Notes under the pieces: generated by a model
The model's database searches: none
What the model was told of the DNA's origin: nothing
What the model saw: only the letters and a program-made list of their open reading frames with translations
Source: an uncultured Clostridia bacterium
Lineage (GTDB): Bacteria > Bacillota > Clostridia > Christensenellales > UBA1242
DNA: 60,703 nt
Assembly (NCBI GenBank): GCA_934778125.1
Contig: CAKVOF010000002.1
Span: forward strand, 1-60,703
Reading direction: 5' to 3'
Program-made: the position numbers and the translations under genes
Shown: one piece after another, positions 8,095-13,434 of the stretch
How positions within the stretch are numbered: position 1 is the stretch's first letter
Layout of the letters: each line of letters opens with the position of its first letter

Positions 8095-8335
8095 ACAAGC
8101 GAACTAAACTCTTGCAATGCAAACCACAAACAATAACATTGTTTCGGGGTTTGGTTGCCTAACGGCGAGTGTGACATTAGGTCAAGGAATGTTTTCCTTG
8201 CGGGTTTGGGCAGAGCCCAAGAAAAGAAAGCAAGTAGTCTAACGATAGCATTTTCGCACCGGGGCCAAGGGCTTGCCCGAGCCCCGTGCGAGAGTGTTAC
8301 TCTACTTGACAATAGTAACACTCAACGGAAAATAT
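8095..8335 (+). other. GC-rich, hairpin-dense non-coding island (candidate ssDNA origin or packaging signal, or a structured RNA)
   Basis: 86 G+C in the 160 nt at 8141-8300, against 15/60 in 8341-8400. Nested or serial hairpins at 8120-8153, 8158-8181, 8183-8200, 8206-8220, 8255-8290 and 8292-8323 (10-bp perfect stem). The track ORFs here overlap each other and lack an RBS. Confidence 0.6.
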
Positions 8336-8356
8336 TTTATAGATGGAGATTTAATT

Positions 8357-8596
8357 ATGTATTTTAGCGAAAAAGATGTTCATATACAAAACAACAAACA
8401 ATTAGAAAATATAGAGAGAAGATACCCTATTGTTAATAAAGTTCGTAGTGTTTTTGAATTATTTTTTGAAGATAACGGACAGTTAAGAATAGTAGAGTGT
8501 TGCGATGGTTATTTTAATGAAACACTTTCAGTTGAAGAATTAAAACAATTATCTCAATATTTTTTAGAAGTTGCAAAATATATTGAACATAAATAA
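8357..8596 (+). CDS. small hypothetical protein
   Basis: ATG at 8357, 7 nt after GGAG. The longer track ORF (8273) would begin inside the GC-rich hairpins. 79 aa. Confidence 0.5.
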   Translation: MYFSEKDVHIQNNKQLENIERRYPIVNKVRSVFELFFEDNGQLRIVECCDGYFNETLSVEELKQLSQYFLEVAKYIEHK

Positions 8597-8618
8597 AAAT
8601 TTATTTTGGAGAAATAAA

Positions 8619-8846
8619 ATGGTTATAAGAGATAAAATAATTACTTTAAGAGTAAACAAAAAAATATATGAAAGAGTTCTTGAAATAATTGAAAACAATA
8701 CAAGAACTTATGAAACAAGAGCAACAAGGTGTTCTTTTAATGAATTGAAAGGCAAATACTCTCAAGGTTTAAAGTATTATAGAAAATTCTCTGTTGGCGA
8801 TTTATTAGAAATTGCTATGAATGAATTTATTAGAGATAATGAATAA
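8619..8846 (+). CDS. ribbon-helix-helix (CopG/Arc-like) DNA-binding protein
   Basis: ATG at 8619 after GGAGAAA. The N-terminus IITLRVNKKIYERVLEII fits the RHH beta-strand plus helix pattern. 75 aa, directly upstream of the iterons and rep. Confidence 0.55.
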   Translation: MVIRDKIITLRVNKKIYERVLEIIENNTRTYETRATRCSFNELKGKYSQGLKYYRKFSVGDLLEIAMNEFIRDNE

Positions 8847-8853
8847 CTTCAGT

Positions 8854-8898
8854 TTATTTGTAATACAAATTGCTTCAGCGAAAAAGTATTACAAATAA
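8854..8898. repeat. 13-bp perfect inverted repeat (hairpin) downstream of the RHH gene; candidate nick-site hairpin or terminator
   Basis: TTATTTGTAATAC (8854-8866) / GTATTACAAATAA (8886-8898) with a 19-nt loop. The arms contain the TAATACAAA iteron core. Confidence 0.6.
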
Positions 8899-8910
8899 TT
8901 CGAAAAAAAC

Positions 8911-8968
8911 TAATACAAAAATACCTGGTTTAAAAGTAATACAAAAATACCTGGTTTAAAAGTAATAC
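8911..8968 (+). repeat. 26-bp tandem direct repeats (2.2 copies), candidate Rep-binding iterons
   Basis: TAATACAAAAATACCTGGTTTAAAAG at 8911-8936 and 8937-8962, then TAATAC at 8963-8968. Located 25 nt upstream of rep. Confidence 0.75.
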
Positions 8969-8993
8969 TTTTGTTCTTAAGATAAATATAAAA

Positions 8994-9992
8994 ATGGGAG
9001 TTTTTATGGAAGAATTAGAAAAACAAAAAACTGCCTATTACTTGTTCCAAAAAGATAGAATATATAGAGATAAAACATTAACATCGCTATACTTTCAATC
9101 TAATAAAGAACGAGTAGACAAAAAAAGTCAACCATACGATATTGATGGCATAAGGTATAAACTAATTAAAGAAACTGGTGAGTTAGAATACTATACAAAA
9201 AGTGAAATTCAAAACTCCCTCGCATGTTCATTAAGGCGTACAAAAATATTGTTAAATATGTTGCTAGAAATGAATGATTTTGATTGGTTTGCTACATTAA
9301 CTTTTGATAAAGAAAAAATCGACAGGACTGATGATAATTTAGTTTATGGTGCATATGTTAAATACATCAATAATATTAAACATAAGTATCCAAATTTTAA
9401 ATATATTACTGTTCTAGAAAGACACGAGGATATGTGTATACATTTTCATTTACTCATCGCTGGAATGACATCACAACAATTAGGGCTAGTTAATTCTGGA
9501 AAAGTTTGTTGTTCTTGGGCTTATTATAAAAACAAAATAGCAAGCCGTGAGTTTTTTGAAAAAACTAAAAGTGAACACGAATTAACAGATACTGATGGAC
9601 TGACTGTATATAATGTTACATCATTCCCTTATGGACTTACTACTGTTACTAGAATAGCAAGTCGTGAAAGATGTAATAGTTATGTTAAAAAATATATTAA
9701 TAAGGATATTGGAAAATCAACTGAGATTTTTAAGAAACGATTTTTTTATTCTAAAAATTTAAAAGTGCCTAATATTGTTAGTAGGCTTATAGGTGCAGAT
9801 TTTGACACACCAAAAAACATAAAAGACATTATGTCAAACAACCCACATTTTCAAAATGCTGACTTCACTAATTACAACGAAGAACATAACATTTTGCAAT
9901 ACTGGGAAGACAACAGTGTTAAAAATTGTATTGATAAAGGTTATATTCCTTTATCACAAAAAATAATTGAGGAATTAGGAGATATATTTTAA
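8994..9992 (+). CDS. HUH-superfamily rolling-circle replication initiator (Rep)
   Basis: All three RCR motifs are present: WFATLTFDK (motif 1), CIHFHLLIAG (HUH motif 2) and NSYVKKYINKD (Tyr motif 3, two Tyr spaced YxxxY). The likely true start is the ATG at 9006, 5 nt after GGGAG. Confidence 0.8.
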   Translation: MGVFMEELEKQKTAYYLFQKDRIYRDKTLTSLYFQSNKERVDKKSQPYDIDGIRYKLIKETGELEYYTKSEIQNSLACSLRRTKILLNMLLEMNDFDWFATLTFDKEKIDRTDDNLVYGAYVKYINNIKHKYPNFKYITVLERHEDMCIHFHLLIAGMTSQQLGLVNSGKVCCSWAYYKNKIASREFFEKTKSEHELTDTDGLTVYNVTSFPYGLTTVTRIASRERCNSYVKKYINKDIGKSTEIFKKRFFYSKNLKVPNIVSRLIGADFDTPKNIKDIMSNNPHFQNADFTNYNEEHNILQYWEDNSVKNCIDKGYIPLSQKIIEELGDIF

Positions 9993-10399
9993 TGAAGAAT
10001 AAATATATAAGTGTACATGATTTATTTAATATCATTGATAACGAATTAGAGTTTTTAGATACTTTAAATAATGAAATAGAACATATTAAAAAAAGAATTA
10101 CTTACTTAAATGCTTTACAAAATTATTTAATTGAAAGTGATTTTTGTCCTATTATCAGAAGAAAAATAATTGATAGTGATATTTTGTTACAAGAATTTGT
10201 AACACCAATATTATTAAAAAACAATTCAAAGTCTTATGCTTTTATTGGTAGTGTAAATTCAAAAGATTATGGTGTTGAATTTGACACTATTGATATTTTG
10301 CTACACGATTTTGTAAATTATGTATGTAAATGCAAAGGACACAAAATCGGTGTTGGAGATTTACTTATTGACAAATTCATTAAGGAGATGTGCAAGTAA
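9992..10399 (+). CDS. hypothetical protein
   Basis: Start overlaps the rep stop (TAATG). 135 aa. No family recognised. Confidence 0.55.
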   Translation: MKNKYISVHDLFNIIDNELEFLDTLNNEIEHIKKRITYLNALQNYLIESDFCPIIRRKIIDSDILLQEFVTPILLKNNSKSYAFIGSVNSKDYGVEFDTIDILLHDFVNYVCKCKGHKIGVGDLLIDKFIKEMCK

Positions 10400-10680
10400 T
10401 GGATGAATTTATAAAAAGTGATTTTGATTATGGCGTAGTGATTTATGAGCATAGATTTAGTATAAATAGGTCTTTGGATGATTATGTTGAAACAACATTA
10501 AATAAATGTATTCGTATGGGACTGGTTTATAAATATAAAACTATGGCTTGTGATAAACTTATTGCAGAAATGCAAATTGTATATAAAGATTTTAATAACA
10601 AATTGCAGTGTTTATGTTTAGACTTGCACGATTGGACTTTCAAAATTATTCATAAAGGTAATATGTTGGTTGAATTATAA
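10399..10680 (+). CDS. hypothetical protein
   Basis: ATG at 10399 (TAATG overlap with the upstream stop), 11 nt after AAGGAG. The track's GTG at 10390 is only 2 nt from the SD. N-terminus MDEFIKSDFDYG. Confidence 0.5.
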   Translation: MDEFIKSDFDYGVVIYEHRFSINRSLDDYVETTLNKCIRMGLVYKYKTMACDKLIAEMQIVYKDFNNKLQCLCLDLHDWTFKIIHKGNMLVEL

Positions 10681-10723
10681 AATTTGTTAACAAAAATTAT
10701 ATCTTAAAGGAGAAATGTAAATA

Positions 10724-11350
10724 GTGGAAGAATTTATAAATAGTGATTTAGAATTTGAAGATAACGAACTGTATTGGTTAGTTGAAAGATTAAGATTAAA
10801 TTTTAATCATTCACAACTAAATTTTGCTAAAACTTGTGAATGTATTTATAACATTTGGAAATACTGCAAAGGCAATTACTATAAAGCCAAAGACAATGAA
10901 TATTATAATTCATACAAGTTGCTTGCAAAGTTTGGCTTTGATAAAAAAGCTGTAAATAGATACAAAAATTGTTATGAAAGATATGTGAACCCACAATCTT
11001 GTAGTTTATACCCTATATATGAAGTTTTTACAAGTAGCAAACTTTTTGAATTACTTGTATTGTCCGAAGATACTGCAAAAAATTCAATTATTAATGGTTT
11101 AGTATTGCCAACTATGACAGTTAAACAAATTCGTGAACACATCAAAACATTAAAAGATGGTTCTAACAAAGCAGAAAAAGTCATTGAAGATACAACAATA
11201 AATGAAGATGAAATTCCAATGGCTTATGATCCAAAACAAGAATATGAATATTCATATTTTGAAACAAAAACAAAAAATCAACTATTGAATATAGTTTGGG
11301 AATTACAAAAAGCATATCAAAAATTAAAAAATAATAAGGAGAAAAAATAA
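10724..11350 (+). CDS. hypothetical protein
   Basis: GTG start after AAGGAG. 208 aa. The N-terminus MEEFINSDLEFED resembles that of the preceding ORF. Confidence 0.55.
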   Translation: MEEFINSDLEFEDNELYWLVERLRLNFNHSQLNFAKTCECIYNIWKYCKGNYYKAKDNEYYNSYKLLAKFGFDKKAVNRYKNCYERYVNPQSCSLYPIYEVFTSSKLFELLVLSEDTAKNSIINGLVLPTMTVKQIREHIKTLKDGSNKAEKVIEDTTINEDEIPMAYDPKQEYEYSYFETKTKNQLLNIVWELQKAYQKLKNNKEKK

Positions 11351-11354
11351 AAAA

Positions 11355-11555
11355 ATGATTAAGACTAATACAAATACATTTGATTATATAAAACAACTAG
11401 AAAATGAAATAGAATTATTGAAACACAGATTGATAGAAGAAATAAGAAGTTCCAATAGGCTCATTATGGGCGAAAAAATCAAAAACGAACAATTAGCAAA
11501 AGAAAATGCTTTTTTACGACAACGAAACAGTTATTTAACTTTGTTTACAAAATAA
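11355..11555 (+). CDS. small coiled-coil hypothetical protein
   Basis: 66 aa with heptad-like sequence LENEIELLKHRLIEEI...NEQLAKENAFLRQRN. Confidence 0.45.
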   Translation: MIKTNTNTFDYIKQLENEIELLKHRLIEEIRSSNRLIMGEKIKNEQLAKENAFLRQRNSYLTLFTK

Positions 11556-11582
11556 TTTAATATCAATAATAATTCTCTTTAT

Positions 11583-11614
11583 AAACTAGGTTGTTTAATG
11601 ACCTAGTTTTTTTT
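11583..11614. terminator. bidirectional terminator between convergent genes
   Basis: Stem AAACTAGG (11583-11590) / CCTAGTTT (11602-11609) followed by a T-run to 11614. The stop of the minus-strand lipoprotein gene lies inside the 3' arm. Confidence 0.6.
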
Positions 11615-12040
11615 AGTTAAATTATTATCACTAATATATAAAGTATCTTCAATGATTAGTTCGTTATTATATTTTATAGACATATAATTATAATCTTTGT
11701 TTTTTATATTTGTAACAACTCTTATGCGAATATTAAGTTCTTGTTTGCTTTCTACTATTGCACTTGCATAAAAGACTTCTTCAAATTCATACAATAAGCC
11801 AACAGTTGTAAATTCTTCTTCATTTACTTGAACTATAAAGTCTGTAATATTTATAGCAATATCATTATTTGTTTGATTGTTAAATTTTAGTGTAAAATCT
11901 AAATAGTAGTCATTTTGTCTTTGTCCTATACCAAATCTAACAAAACTAACAGTTAGTTGTTTATTTGAACACCCAACAAAACAAAAACAACTTAATAATA
12001 TTGCAATACATAAATAAGTAATTTTAGAAAACTTTTTCAT
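11603..12040 (-). CDS. lipoprotein (hypothetical), opposite orientation to the phage genes
   Basis: MKKFSKITYLCIAILLSCFCFVGC is a signal peptide with a lipobox (FVGC). The start is taken at the ATG giving MKKF. Confidence 0.65.
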   Translation of the reverse strand: MKKFSKITYLCIAILLSCFCFVGCSNKQLTVSFVRFGIGQRQNDYYLDFTLKFNNQTNNDIAINITDFIVQVNEEEFTTVGLLYEFEEVFYASAIVESKQELNIRIRVVTNIKNKDYNYMSIKYNNELIIEDTLYISDNNLTKKN

Positions 12041-12112
12041 AATACCCACCACTTAAAATTTTAAATATAATACAATAATGCTAAACAAAAGTCAAACAAA
12101 GGAGAATTAGTT

Positions 12113-13144
12113 ATGAAAAAAAGAAGAAATTTAACATTTACACAAAGATTACAAATAGAAACATTATATAATGCCAAGAAGACTAAAAAAGAAATTGCCC
12201 AAATACTTGGTTTACATCTCTGCACTATATACAGAGAATTAAAACGGGGTGCTTATGAACATACCACAAAGCAAGACACATTTTGGTATGGTGTTAGAAT
12301 TAAAAAACAAATAAAATATTCTGCTCAAATATCACAAGATAGATATGACTTGCTTTGCTCTGGTAAAGGCAGACCAATTAAACTTGGTAAAGACTTTGCT
12401 TTTGTTAGGTATATGGAAAAGAGAGTTATAAAAGACAAAATATCTGCTTGTGCAGTTCTTGGTGAGATTAAGTATAAGAATATGCAGTTTGATACAAACA
12501 TAAGCAAAACCACTCTATATAGATATATTGAAATGGGCTTATTTCCACATATCAGATTAGAGAAACGAAAGAAAGAATATAAAAAAGTCAAAATTAAACG
12601 AGCGCCAAAAGGTACAAGTATTGAAAGGCGACCAAAAGAGATTAAACAAAGAAATTCATTTGGACATTGGGAAATGGATTGTGTGTGTGGTAAAACAAAG
12701 CCCGTGCTTCTAGTGTTAAGTGAAAGACTTACACGAAAAGAAATAATTTTCAAAATGGAAAATCAAAAAACAATTAGTGTTGTTAAGTGCTTAAACATAT
12801 TGGAAAGAAGATTTGGTAAAACATTCAAAAAACTATTTAAGTCAATTACAGTAGATAACGGAAGCGAATTTGCAGATTTTCACGGCATAGAAAAGTCTTC
12901 TTATGGTCACGGTAAGCGAACATCTGTCTTTTATTGCCACCCTTATTGTTCTAGTGAAAGGGGCACAAACGAACGACTTAATAGAGAAATACGAAGACTA
13001 ATACCAAAAGGCTCTGATATTGGTAAATACACAATACAAGACATACAAAGAGTTGAAGACTGGGTAAACAACTACCCGAGAGAAATATTTAACTATGCTA
13101 CATCTTCTGAACTCTTTGAGAAACATTTACAAGCAATAGCCTAA
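12113..13144 (+). CDS. IS30-family DDE transposase
   Basis: N-terminal HTH (LTFTQRLQIETLYNAKKTKKEIAQILGLHLCTIYRELKRG) plus the catalytic blocks HWEMDCV, TVDNGSEFADF and ERGTNERLNREIRR typical of IS30-type transposases. AAGGAG RBS. Confidence 0.85.
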   Translation: MKKRRNLTFTQRLQIETLYNAKKTKKEIAQILGLHLCTIYRELKRGAYEHTTKQDTFWYGVRIKKQIKYSAQISQDRYDLLCSGKGRPIKLGKDFAFVRYMEKRVIKDKISACAVLGEIKYKNMQFDTNISKTTLYRYIEMGLFPHIRLEKRKKEYKKVKIKRAPKGTSIERRPKEIKQRNSFGHWEMDCVCGKTKPVLLVLSERLTRKEIIFKMENQKTISVVKCLNILERRFGKTFKKLFKSITVDNGSEFADFHGIEKSSYGHGKRTSVFYCHPYCSSERGTNERLNREIRRLIPKGSDIGKYTIQDIQRVEDWVNNYPREIFNYATSSELFEKHLQAIA

Positions 13145-13168
13145 AAAACAAAATACAGCCACTTTTTA

Positions 13169-13194
13169 AGTGTGTTAGATGCACACTCTTTTTT
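13169..13194 (+). terminator. probable terminator after the transposase gene
   Basis: 6-bp stem AGTGTG (13169-13174) / CACACT (13182-13187) followed by CTTTTTT. Confidence 0.45.
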
Positions 13195-13231
13195 GCATAT
13201 CATAAAAAAGAAAAGTCAAAGAAATTTTTCC

Positions 13232-13259
13232 TATTCATACCCTTGCAAGGGTATGAATA
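13232..13259. repeat. perfect 28-bp palindrome
   Basis: TATTCATACCCTTGCAAGGGTATGAATA is its own reverse complement. It lies between inverted copies of the GAAAAGTCAA(A)GAAA motif (13210-13224 and 13328-13342). Confidence 0.8.
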
Positions 13260-13315
13260 TATGGTTACAACAACCATTTTACACAGTTCTTTAACTTTTT
13301 TTAAAATTTTTCAAT

Positions 13316-13342
13316 TTTTTTGCTATATTTTCTTGACTTTTC
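13316..13342. repeat. right imperfect terminal inverted repeat of the element
   Basis: Its reverse complement, GAAAAGTCAAGAAAATATAGCAAAAAA, pairs with 1084-1110. It ends 1 nt before the right 17-bp direct repeat. Confidence 0.55.
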
Positions 13343-13343
13343 A

Positions 13344-13360
13344 TTTATTTAAACTTTTTT
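13344..13360. repeat. 17-bp direct repeat, right copy (TTTATTTAAACTTTTTT)
   Basis: Identical to 1067-1083. Confidence 0.8.
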
Positions 13361-13434
13361 CATATTGATTGATAGTTAATAAAAACCGCAACCCAAAGCC
13401 CATTTGCTATATATTTTAGTAATTCTATAATCCC

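Larger units (their letters stand above)
1084..13343. mobile_element. integrated filamentous-phage-like element (inovirus/plectrovirus-like) carrying an IS30-family transposase
   Basis: Gene content is HUH Rep, Zot/pI-like ATPase, small hydrophobic proteins, large TM-anchored proteins and an RHH regulator. An IS30-type DDE transposase lies at the right end. The unit is bounded by IRs and 17-bp direct repeats and sits between convergent host genes. Confidence 0.65.

Noticed and set aside
8095-8335. The GC island as a tRNA, tmRNA, group II intron fragment, hammerhead or retron ncRNA
   Set aside because: No cloverleaf or CCA-type acceptor end, no tmRNA 5' GGGG...3' T-arm pattern, no domain-V-like GAGC...GTTC hairpin, no CUGAUGA/GAAA hammerhead core, and no reverse transcriptase or intron-encoded protein nearby.
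8037-8367. Track ORFs 8155..8367 (+) and 8037..8321 (-) as protein-coding genes
   Set aside because: They overlap each other on opposite strands and lack an SD. They exist only because the GC-rich hairpin region is depleted of AT-rich stop codons, and their sequences are compositionally unlike every other protein here.
8357-8846. A firm call of the 79-aa ORF plus RHH pair as a toxin-antitoxin system
   Set aside because: Only the RHH fold is recognisable. The partner shows no known toxin motif, and the gene order (putative toxin first) is atypical for RHH antitoxin modules. It is kept only as a low-interest hypothesis.
8911-8968. Possible CRISPR array, because of exact 26-bp repeats
   Set aside because: There are only 2.2 copies and they abut with no spacers. 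No cas genes or leader are present. The position directly upstream of rep fits iterons.
1067-13360. CTX-phi-style XerCD/dif integration of the phage
   Set aside because: I could not find a dif-like 28-mer at either junction. The junctions instead show IRs plus a duplicated 17-mer, and a transposase is present. This cannot be excluded without a dif model for this genome.
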